From the NCBI RefSeq assembly GCF_009914755.1, contig NC_060947.1: DNA of 64,000 nt. The stretch is one strand, 5' to 3'. This DNA is from the human T2T-CHM13v2.0 reference genome, Homo sapiens. A model generated the notes under the pieces. That model was not told where the DNA came from. It did no database searches and saw only the letters and a list, made by a program, of their open reading frames with translations. The stretch's first letter is position 1; every line of letters begins with the position of its first letter. Below, piece by piece: positions 53,501 through 64,000 of the stretch. Made by a program: the position numbers and the translations under genes.

Positions 53501-55731
53501 TTCTGTGATAGTCCCAGGGCCGAGAGGGAGTATGCCTATATAGTTTTAGCAGCAGGGCACTTGCAGTGAAAAGCAGAGCAGTTCCAGTGGGATTTCAAAT
53601 AAGGGAGACTCACAGGATTTGTCAAATCATCTCTAGTCTTTGGAATATCATATTTATGGTTTTCTCAGGAGAAGTAAATCAATAAGCAATAAATAATATT
53701 AATAATTTGACACTTAGAGAATGTGTGTGTCAGAACAGAAAAATAAATCTATTCTGTTAGGGTGCCAACAAAAAAACATGAATAAAATTAAAACCTGGTA
53801 CTCTTTAGAGGATTATTGTAGCCAATAAATAATTCATGATTCAATCTGCACTCAAAAACAAAAGTCAGGGCTGGAATCTAGCAATAAGTGTTAGTTTTCC
53901 TTTGAAATAATTTTTCTGTCTCTAACCCTCCTCTTATACTTAAGAGAAATTATATTAAGACCAATTCATGTACAAAATAAGTTTTAGGCTTATTATACTT
54001 GGCTTGATCATTTGCAAAAAGTGCAGCAAAAATTGAGTGGCCATATAGCCTCTTTTTAAGTTGGCTTTTCTGGAACTTTACATAAAAATGTTACTTTAGT
54101 CAAAGCCTTGGTAAAATAACCACTGTCCCCAATTGTCCTGTTTAAAAAGAAAAGACTCTTACTAAACTTATGCAAGTAATTATATTGCTATTCCAAATTT
54201 TGGAGAAAGAACTCAGATGGAGAGAAAGGTAAATTTTCTCAAAACAACGTATTTTACCCAATTGCTCTAAACTATAAATAACTAAAAAGAAAAATATTTC
54301 CTTGACTCTTCTTTAACCAGAGCAGCGGCCTTCCAAACAAGATGCTATTTGTTCACCTTGGAACTCTCATTCACAAGCCAAGCAGCTGTTGTCAGATAAA
54401 AGTTGTTTACTAGGCACTGTAGAATCTAGCAGCTCCTCATATAGTTAGAGTCAGTCCTAAGGAAAAAGAGGCTCTCTGCTCATGAGCATCTCCTCCTTGC
54501 ATCCCCAGATAGCAAGATCCTATATAAGCCATTTTTATTTTATCATTGAACTCATTTGGGCACCATTATTTTCATTAGGATAGAGTTGGCTTCAGTTAAC
54601 ATCCTATAGCAAGGCAGTAAATGCCCCTCAAGTGAAAATTCTGTAGTCCAAACTCCAGGTTTTTGTCATTAGGAAGTGCTCACAGGCTTTTGCCATAAGC
54701 CCCAATAAATGCTCCACAAAGGGCTATGAAGGGGAGGATTTGTCCTGACCAGCACTCCAGCTTCCAGCCTATATTCTGTGGGCTTAGGCAAATCTTACTA
54801 GTTCCAATTTAGCGTGTCCAATTAATGTTTCTCAAAGGGAAGATTTATATGCCTTCAGTTTTATTTTACTAGATAGGGATAACATCCCCCAGTCAGATAC
54901 AATACCCATTTTCATAAGACATTTAGGTAAAGGCGTTATAACTACCTTACATAAAGGTAAGGTTTAAACATCTCAAATTTTATAATCCAACCTTTTAAAA
55001 AGGTTGATATTTCATTATGTCAACCTTTACATTCTTACATTCTGGTCCCAGGAACTTTTATTCTCTACTCCCAGACCATTTTACCTTTTCTGGTGAAAGA
55101 AAATTTGGGTTCCCATCAGGGAGTTGAACCAAGGGACTCACATTCTTTTTTCAACGTTTATCTTAATTTGCCTCAACATTGACCCAGGCAATGTCATCTT
55201 TCTCATTATAATCTTTGCCTTTTGATTTTTCTTAAATTTCTCCAGTCTGGGGCAAATGCAGAAAACTGGTGTAGGGCCGTTTAATGTTGGGGGACCATCA
55301 GGGGTCCCCTTTGGTCCACCCAACCTTTGATAGTGTTGCAAAGACCTTTGTTTTAACCTCAGCAATTTTAATTTATTCCATTTCTTAATAACCATCTAAA
55401 GATTTCAACCACGCTTCTAGGGTAAGTCCTTTGACTCCCTTTTGCTCTTCCATTTTTTTTGGTTGTTAATTACTCTAATGTTTTATTAAGCATCTATAAG
55501 ACCCATGCAGGACAGCAAATTTGATAAGGCTTCTCAAAGAGTTGTATGACTCTCCAGGAGTAATGTTGCCGGGGGGGCCCATGTAAAAGGGGCTCCTTTA
55601 ACACCAACATTTACCATGACCTGGGTAATAGGTATATTCAGTGGGATAATATCCCAGTCATCATAAAGCCAGTCACACATGGCTTGCATATGAAGCATAA
55701 CAGTTGCTTCATCTGGGGTGTTCCACTTTGC

Positions 55732-56033
55732 TGTTTTTTTGTTTGTTTGTTTTTGAGATGGAGTCTCACTCTGTTGCCCAGGCTGGAGTGCAGTGGCACA
55801 ATCTCGGCTCACTGCAACCTCCGCCTCTCAAGTTCCAGCGATTTTCCTGCGTCAGCCTCCTGAGTATCTAGGATACAGGTGCACACCACCATGCCAGGCT
55901 ATTTTTTGTAATTTTAGTAGAGACAGGGTTTCACCATGTTGGTCAGGCTGGTCTCAAACTCCTGACCTCGTGATCTACCCACCTTGGCCTCCCAAAGTGC
56001 TGGGATTACAGGCATGAGCCACCACACACAGCC
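55732..56033 (-). mobile_element. Alu (AluS-like) in MER4-int
   Basis: Antisense dimer; TSD CACTTTGC on both sides. Confidence 0.95.
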
Positions 56034-56195
56034 CACTTTGCACTTTATAGGGAGAATTGGACAGTTCCCTTCTAAGGGTAAACAGACTTTACAATGGCAC
56101 TTATCCAGTCCACTAGGTTGGTTGTTCTCTCAGGAATAACCTCCTGTGTGTCTGGATCACATGTACTCATCAGTGAATGTTTAAAAGTTAGCTGT

Positions 56196-56452
56196 AGGAA
56201 AATCAAACACCACATGTTCTCACTCATAAGTGGGAGCTGAACAATGAGAACACATGGACACAGGGAGGGGAACATCACACATCAGGGCCTGTCGGGGGGT
56301 GGGGGGATAGGAGAGGGATAGCATTAGGAGAAATACCTAATGTAGGTGACGGGTTGATGGGTGCAGCAAACCACTATGGCACTTGTATACCTATGTAACA
56401 AAACTGCATGTTCTGCACATGTACCCCAGAACTTAAAGTATAATTTTTTTAA
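56196..56452 (+). mobile_element. 5'-truncated L1PA 3' end in MER4-int
   Basis: CATGTTCTCACTCATAAGTGGGAG..GTACCCCAGAACTTAAAGTATAAT; TSD AAAAGT(T/G)AGCTGT at 56183-56195 and 56453-56465. Confidence 0.95.
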
Positions 56453-58544
56453 AAAAGTGAGCTGTGGGCCCTACATCAACCCAAACATGCTCTTTTATTC
56501 TGTAGCATTCAAAATTAAAGATACTATCCTTAAAGCAGTTATTTTTACAATCTATTATAGTAAAGGTTTCTCAGAAAGCTAATGATACCAATCTACAAAA
56601 TGGAATAATTCCTTTACGTTATATGCCCTGGTATTAATAGTTACTTGGTTTTGCCCTTACCCCACATTGACTATCTTCTTGGTAACCACAGGTCTCAGAG
56701 GTAACTTTTGTTGTGCTGGCTTAATTTTTCCTTTTGTGGGTAGCTTTGAGGCTAGTGGCCTGAGCTGAGACAGACCCACATCTGAGCTTGGTCCAGCATT
56801 AACACCCAACCCAGCATTCTTTTATTTTAATTTTAGCTATTAGAGATAACAATAGCCAAGAGATTGCATATTTGCTTTTTGTCTTATCTGTTTGCATTTC
56901 CTTATGCATCCAGTGAGCCACATCCCTGGGAGTATGATTCATCTCTAAATTTCACTAGTAACTTTTGCCTTTAGTAACTGAATGCAGCTCAGCTGCAGCT
57001 CTTTAATATGGGTGACCACGTGGCCACCCAGGAGTCAAAGCTTTCTCATTTCCCACCTTTTTATTTTTCTCTTTATCCATTTAGTTTTATCTGTATAATT
57101 TTTTCCCTTTATTTTAAAGTAACTCTTCAATAACCTCTAAATGAGAAAAAAATACATTTTCTTTAGCAAATACCACATCCTTGTGTCTTTATAAACTTCA
57201 CCCAAAACACTTTTTAGTCTCTTATTATTTTAACTCTTAGTAACCCAAATTCCCAGTGAAAAAAACTGAGGTTACTTAATGTAACGTGACATGACTTTAA
57301 GATTTTAAGCTACTGGATAGAATTTTTAGATTAAATTTACCAAATGAATTTTACCAAATATTACTAAAGTCCTGTGAACTAAATGGCATTAGAACTAGCT
57401 TTTATTTGGCTGATTCTTTAAGGCAATTGATTGGAGCTGTTTCATATAGTTTGGTAGTCAAATATGATTTCCACATGACACATATAAACATATAGACAGA
57501 CAAAGGCACATCCAAACGATTTTTTCACTTGCCCATTTTCAAAAATGATCTCCCTTACTTTAGAATCTTAATTGAAAAAAAAAGTTACAGGTGCAACAAA
57601 AGGTATAGGAGAGAGTTACCATGTCAGCCCTTTTCAAAAGAAAGAAAGAGCTAAAGCAGCAGGGGACAGCAGAAGTTAAACTTCTGAGATATCAATCTGA
57701 AGAATTTCAAAAAGAAAAAGATTATAGAATTTAAAAATTTCTTGCATTGAATAATATTTTTCAATAAAATTTTGTTCTAACCAAAGCTTTTTAGTGTATT
57801 TTTAATATCAAAATCAAATTTCTAGAAGGACGATTGTAATTTCATTTTAGCCAACTTAATTATATAACGTTTTTTCCTATAAATTCCTTTTTTACTAACC
57901 TGATTACAACTTACACACACTACTCACGACATGCTTGGACTTTCTGGTTTGTCCTAAATATTCCCCTTTATTAAACAATCAGTGTATTCATTTTAGAACA
58001 AAAGTTTACCATATGAGATTCTCTTGCAAACAAAGTCATTTCTCTTTTAACATTTCTTACCAAAAATACCCTTTTATAACTTTCTTTACATCTCTATTAA
58101 TTCCTGGTTCCTTTTACCTTGCTTTATATATAACTTCTGAATTAGACAAACAATATTTATCTTTTAATAAAACACATTTAAAAATGTTTTCCTATTATTT
58201 TTAATAGGGAATTACCCAGATATTTAATAAATAGCTATTATTTAATCTAACTTTAGATTACAAGTTATATGACAAGTTTGTTTACAAGCATTTACTCCAT
58301 TACATTTACCAGATTAGTTCATTTAATAGTTTACCTGGATTATTTATGAAAACTGTGGTAGTCATCATTTAGAGTTATTTCCCTGTTAACAATTTTCATA
58401 GCCTATGAATTTCAGGTGTTTACCTAAGTAAGAAACTTAAGGCTAAACATATAGGTATTCTACCAATAACCCAGGATTTAGCTGTTTTCATTAAACCAAC
58501 AATACTAAATGTCTTATTTATCAAAAATTACACAAGCAAAGATC

Positions 58545-58788
58545 ATTATGTTTGGGGTTGAGTTTATAGTTTTATAACTCTTATGGCCAATTTTGACACC
58601 TTATGATATTCTGCAAGGATAAGTATGAAACTACTTGATCAATAAATGCAAACAAAAGTGCTGACAATTATGTTTGGGGTTGAGTTTATAGTTTTATAAC
58701 TCTTATGGCCAATTTTGACACCTTATGATATTCTGCAAGGATAAGTATGAAACTACTTGATCAATAAATGCAAACAAAAGTGCTGACA
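58545..58788. repeat. Perfect 122-bp direct tandem duplication
   Basis: 58545-58666 identical to 58667-58788 by manual comparison; ATT microhomology at the junction. Confidence 0.95.
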
Positions 58789-58827
58789 ATTTTAAAGACA
58801 TCTCTAATATTACTTTACCAGTAATTT

Positions 58828-59456
58828 TGTGTCCGGAATTTATTCCTTCCAGTGGGTTCTTGGTCTCGCTGACTTCAGGAGTGAAGCTGCAGACCTTCAC
58901 GGTGAGTGTTACTGCTCTTAAAGGTGGTGCGACCAGAGTTGTTTGTTCCTCCCAGTGGGTTCGTGGTCTCGCTGACTTCAGGAATGAGGCTGCAGACCCT
59001 CACAGTGAGTGTTACAGCTCATAAAGGTAGTGTGGACCCAAAGAGTGAGCAGCAGCAAGATTTATTGTGAATAGCGAAAGAATAAATCTTCCACAGCATG
59101 GAAGGGGACCCAAGCAGGTTGCCACTGCTGGGTTGGGTGGCCAGCTTTTATTCCCTTATTTGGCCCCGCCCACATCCTGCTGATTGGTCCATTTTACAGA
59201 GAGCTGATTGGTCCATTTTATAGAGTGCTGATTGGTCCATTTTACAGAGTGCTGATTGGTGTGTTTACAACCCTTTAGCTAGACACAGAGTGCTGATTGG
59301 TGTGATTTTACAGAGTGCTGATTGGTGTAATTTTACAGAGTGCTGACTGGTGTAATTTTACAGAGTGCTGATTGGTGCATTTACAATCCTTTAGCTAGAC
59401 ACGAAAGTTCTCCAAGTCCCCACCCAACTCAGAAGCCCAGCTGGTTTCACCTCTCA
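58828..59456 (-). mobile_element. LTR12 (ERV9) solo LTR
   Basis: TGTGTCCGGAATT..CACCTCTCA; repeated GCTGATTGG units; 4-bp TSD ATTT at 58824-58827 and 59457-59460. Confidence 0.93.
59146..59376 (-). promoter_or_regulatory. LTR12 U3 promoter: CCAAT (NF-Y) array, GC box, AATAAAA TATA-like box
   Basis: Seven ATTGG plus one ACTGG variant between 59180 and 59376; GGCCCCGCCC at ~59162; CTTTTATT at ~59146; activity not shown by sequence. Confidence 0.55.
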
Positions 59457-60040
59457 ATTTTAAAGCTGGTTTATTAAAATTTTTACTTAACTCATGTGAA
59501 CTTGAAAAGCATTTTAGCTTATTATTTAATTTATGAGTACTCTTTAAGCCAATTTGGTACCTTGTGGCCAAAACACATAACAAAATATGTGTATGTACAC
59601 ATAAACACACACATACACACTCACACAAACCAACAAAGACCCTTTAGCTTTTACTTCAGAGCTCTAGCCATGAGATATTAATACAAACTCACCAGTTTGA
59701 AAAAAAAGAAAAAAAAGGTTGCATCCAAAGATTGTTTTTTATCTCAGTAGAAAAGTGAGAACAGATTTAAAGCAGGAAGAAAAGAAAATAGAGAAATAGA
59801 GAATTTAGGAACTCTACAGTTGCAGGTCAACCTTTGGGCTCTGAATTATTCCTTGATGTAGTTTGCCCATCAGTTTAAAATGTGCACAAAAAGACCAAAA
59901 TAAGTAACCAGCTGGAGTGCTAGAAAAACTGGCGTGGCCTCAAACTTTTCCATTTTACACAAAAACAAGTAGAGGTGCCATAAAACCAAAGGGGTACTCC
60001 AAAGGGGGTTGTTCTCCTTGTTTTTCCTCATTCTTATTTG

Positions 60041-60701
60041 TGTGAACCCAAAGTATCTGAGACAGGTCTCAATCAATATAAAAAGTTTATTTTGTCAAGG
60101 TTATGGACATGTGCCCAGGAGGCAGGACTGAGCTTTTCTCCAAAGATGATTTTGAGGGCTTCAATATTTAAAGGGGATAAAATGGATATTGGAGAAAGAG
60201 GAAGAAAATTTAAAAAGGTGTGGGTAGATAAGACAGGAACATTTGCATCCTTTTGAGTCTTTGATCAGCCTTTCACTGAATACATAATTAACATGAGAGA
60301 TGCGGGTAGAGGAATAGTTACTTATGCCTTAGTCTGGCTCGCTGAATCTGCATTTTTGCATAAACAATAGGGCAGAAGAAGCAATCAAATATGCGTTTGT
60401 CTCAGGTGAGCAGAATGATGACTTTGAGTTCTGTCCTTTGTCCTGCACCTGTGAAGATAAGCTATCAATTTACATTGCCATGGTGAAATTCAACACAACT
60501 GTGTTAGGGTAAAGATTTTGAGACCCACAAGGAATTTCCATGTGGGCAGATTGTAAGGGAGGTATGAAGCATCTTTTCATCTTTGCAGCTATTTTATTTA
60601 GGAATAAAACGGGAGGCAGGTTTGCCTGATTAATTTCCCAGCTTGACTTTTCCCGTTGTCTCAGTGATTTAAGAGGTCCCCAAATTTATTTTCCTTTCAT
60701 A
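60041..60701 (-). mobile_element. MER4A/C-like solo LTR nested in MER4-int
   Basis: TGTGAACCCAAAGTATCTGAGACAGGTCTC..TTTATTTTCCTTTCATA; 4-bp TSD TTTG at 60037-60040 and 60702-60705. Confidence 0.88.
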
Positions 60702-63700
60702 TTTGTTTCCCACTTTTCTTAAAAGAACAAACACAGCTGTGGCCTACGGTTTTATGTGTGGTCAATTCATGTGTGCTGACTGTGGGTAGGACTCTACAGT
60801 GTTTCAGCACTGAGTATTTTCTGCCCTCTTGCACGTCTGTTTCTCTCTCTGGAGGTCTATCACCTCCAAGAGGGCTCAAAACATGGAGTAATCAGCTCTT
60901 ATATGCATATCCTGGATGAGGCTTTTTAAACTAATTTTGTTGGGGGTTCCCTGTAGGGGTACTGCATGTCATGAGGGTCAACCCCCCAGGCATTCCCACT
61001 CAGCCCTACCACCGGTCACCCAATGGCATCTTTCAGCTGGAAGGAGTAAAATGCCTTTTCTCTTCAGAGATGAGAAAGCTCAGTCTCTCATTTATCTACA
61101 AAAATGACACTTTATTTCCTCATGGAAATGCAAAGACAAGCCAAATGAGCTTAATTTTTAGGAAGAAAAAAGCAGTAGAGAAGACCCTTTAGAATGTATC
61201 TCTGAACTTGAAACCAAACAGGGTGCCTGAAAGGCGGTCATTCTCCTTGTCTTTACAGAAAGGAAATAGAGACGGTCTTTTATAATGCACCTCTTAACTA
61301 GAATTAGGATTCTAAACAACATCTTAGGAGAAAAATAAAACAGCTCAGAATAAATCAAGGACCATCAACCAAAGGAAGATTCAGGACTCAGGAGGACTTA
61401 CCAGTTCCACCAGAGGAGGAACTTGAAGTCAGAGAGGATTTCAATGGGCCCCTGCTGACACCTTATCTCTGAGTTCAGGCAGCTCCTTCAGGGTCCTGAG
61501 GCCCCACATTGGACATCAAATTATTGTTGACAAAAAGAGTTAAACTGTAACATCTTTGAAGAGATTTATTCTGAGCCAAATGTGAGTGACTAATGGCCCA
61601 TAACACAGCCCTCAGGAGATCCTGAGAACATGTGCCCAAGGTAGTCAGGCCACAACTTGGTTTTATGAGTTTTAGGGAGATGTAAGGCATCAATCAATAC
61701 ATGTGTGATGTACACTGATTTGGTCCAGAAAGGCAGGACAACTGGAAGCACGGGCTTCAAGGTCATAGGCAGATTCAAAGGTTTTCTGATTGGCAATAAG
61801 TTGAAAGAATTATCAACAGAAAGGAGTGTCTGGGTTATTATATGGTGTTGTAGAGACCAAGGTTTTATCATGCAGATGAAGCCTCCAGATAGCAGGGTTC
61901 AGAGAGAATAGACAGTAAATGTTTCTTATCAGACTTAAAGAGTCTGTTCTATCAGTAATTCCAAAAGGGAGGGGGTATAAAGAGGCATGACTGGCTCCTC
62001 CGTTTTTCAGGTTAACTCTGGAATGCCCTTGCCAAAAAGGCATTCAGAAAGTTGGGAGACTTAGAATTTTACTTTTGGTTTACATTTATATCCTTGTATT
62101 ATAACTTATATAGCAGGATAGACCAAATAAGGCAACTTTATAACTGTAACCAATCAAATATTTTCTTCATATGACTTCTGGATTCACTCTGTAGAAGCTT
62201 GTCCCTTATGCTTCCTCAGTGGAGCCCCAAACCACTGGTTTGGAGATGCCCTATTCGTTAATCACTATTTGCTCAAATAAACTCTTTAAAATTTTATTGT
62301 CCCTTAGTTTATTCTTTTAACAGTGTTAAAGACTTACTTTAATTTTAATTCATTATTTATTATGTCAGGGCATCTATGCCAAATATAGAATATTTTAGGG
62401 CAATGGGTATTGTGACTATAGGAAATATAGACAAGGCTACACTTAAAGTGAGGCATACCCATTTTACCTCAATGTTATATTTAGTTAATTTTTAAGATTA
62501 TAGGGGATATAATGTTTCAACTTAATGGGCTCCTCTAGTATAACTATAATTTGAGCCCCAGTATTGGTTAAGTCCATGAAGTTTTGTCAATTGGATGCAT
62601 TTTAGCAAATGCTAAGTTAGAATTTATGTTGTACAAGCACAAAAGTCAACCAATGCCCTTTTTATCTTTTGTTATATAAATTCTATAGTATATTAATTTT
62701 TAATTTCCAATTATATCAAAGTAGAACTATTTTTGTTTATAGTTTATATATACACAATTTATAATAATATATTTATATTAAAAATGTATATGTATGCATA
62801 ATTTATTTAATTTCTTTTCATCTTCTCCCTGGTTTGAGTTTGTTTATAAATTGGAAAGGTCCTAGGGCTAGTATTATTTTTGTTAGACCTGTCATTTGCT
62901 CCATACATAAGGTTTAAAGTTCTTTTTACCCACCTTGGGCTTGTAGCCACCTAAAGCCAGTCTTTGTTACCCCCTTTCCTTCCTTCCTTTTTTTTTTTCT
63001 TTCCCTTTCATTCTCAGCCACCTAAAATGGCAGTCTTTTCTTTCTTTCTCTGGCTGATAAAGAACGGGGCGGGTGGGGGGCAGGGGGAGGGTGACACCTC
63101 TAGGCAGTAGCCTTTCTACTGTAAGCAGTAGCCTCCCTCTCTAGGGTGTCTCAATCAACCTCTGAGGTGCTGTGGTCTACATCAAAGAGATCAGTGGCAG
63201 CCTCAGTTTTATCTTTTAAATTCTTGGTTTTGTGACAATTTGATTTTAAGGAGGAGACTCTCAGCATGTCAATAGGCAGCAGTACTTAAGAGTGTCCAAG
63301 CACATTGAACTGGAAGTTTGTAATCTCAAATCAGCTGAGAAACTTGAGGTATTTTAGGGAGAGGAGGAACAAAATATTCCTTCTCCTTTTCCTTTTTTTA
63401 TTGAGCCACTCCTCTCTATGGGTGAGATTCGAGATATCCCATGAAGTCAGGAAGGAAGACTGACAGAAGCAAGGCACACAGCAGAAAAGGAGTTGCCAGC
63501 AGCATTAACCCTTACTGGACACCATGGTGGACTTCCTTTGAAGGTAATGCTCCTCTGTTGTTAGAACTCGGCAGGGACAGGAGAAACATGAATTTGAATG
63601 TGAACATGAGGCAGCTCCCTGTCCAGGTGCCACTTGTCAACATAAGTAATCTTGAGAAGGTCACCCAGCTCTCATTTGCTGACAAATCAGCTAGTACCTA

Positions 63701-64000
63701 GCACCTGGTACTCAGTAAGCCTTTGCTAGCTGCAGGGAAATTCACCCTTCCACGTCATTCTCAATCCCAGTGGAATCTTTGTAATATTTTTAGGCAATTG
63801 TTCCAGTCTTTAACTTAATTGGGGAATGTTAGGAGAATCTTTGCCCCCCTCTTACCGAGTCAGGGCTAGCTGGAAGTGGAGTCCATGGGCATTCTAGGAG
63901 GATGCAATCCACAATTTAGGGCAGTAAGCCTTGGCAGTCCCTAAAAGAGGCAACAAAAAGTGGCATAGAGCGGTACACAGAAATGTTAACATAACGCTGG

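Larger units (their letters stand above)
52123..62084 (-). mobile_element. MER4 (MER4B/D-like) two-LTR provirus with non-coding MER4-int
   Basis: Homologous LTRs 52123-52734 and 61525-62084 (TGTTGACAAAA..GGTTTACA); PPT GGCCAGAAGGGGGAGAA (rc of 52735-52751); PBS-like TGATGTCCAATGTGGGGC (rc of 61501-61518, tRNA-Lys-like). Confidence 0.9.
51893..62322 (+). mobile_element. ERV1 solo LTR (MER95-like) split into 51893-52122 and 62085-62322 by the MER4 provirus
   Basis: TGTTAAAG start and CTTTTAACA end with AATAAA at ~62276; 4-bp TSD GCGT/GTGT; family name tentative. Confidence 0.7.

Overview
Repeat-dense, apparently non-genic primate (catarrhine/hominoid-like: AluY, LTR12, THE1, Hsmar1) genomic DNA; no intact protein-coding gene was recognised. 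Main contents: an ancient two-LTR class III (ERVL-type) provirus (10046-16845, minus); old L1M elements, one interrupted by a full-length decayed Hsmar1 mariner (21294-22559); a ~2.3 kb AT-rich palindrome (24020-26333) with ~99% identical unique arms flanking inverted 32-bp minisatellite arrays; a 5'-truncated processed pseudogene of CSGALNACT2 with poly(A) and TSD (43451-45502); and from ~47.3 kb to the window end a second ERVL-type element carrying a multi-level nest of LTR elements (MER34-like, THE1, a split ERV1 solo LTR, a two-LTR MER4 provirus, LTR12, another MER4 LTR, Alus, L1PA). The most notable signal is the PATRR-like palindrome with a fold-back hairpin scar at its left edge; second is ERVL-like gag sequence inside the MER4 provirus. 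Repeat subfamily names are from memory of consensus sequences and need RepeatMasker/Dfam confirmation. I see no evidence of a novel multi-gene system.
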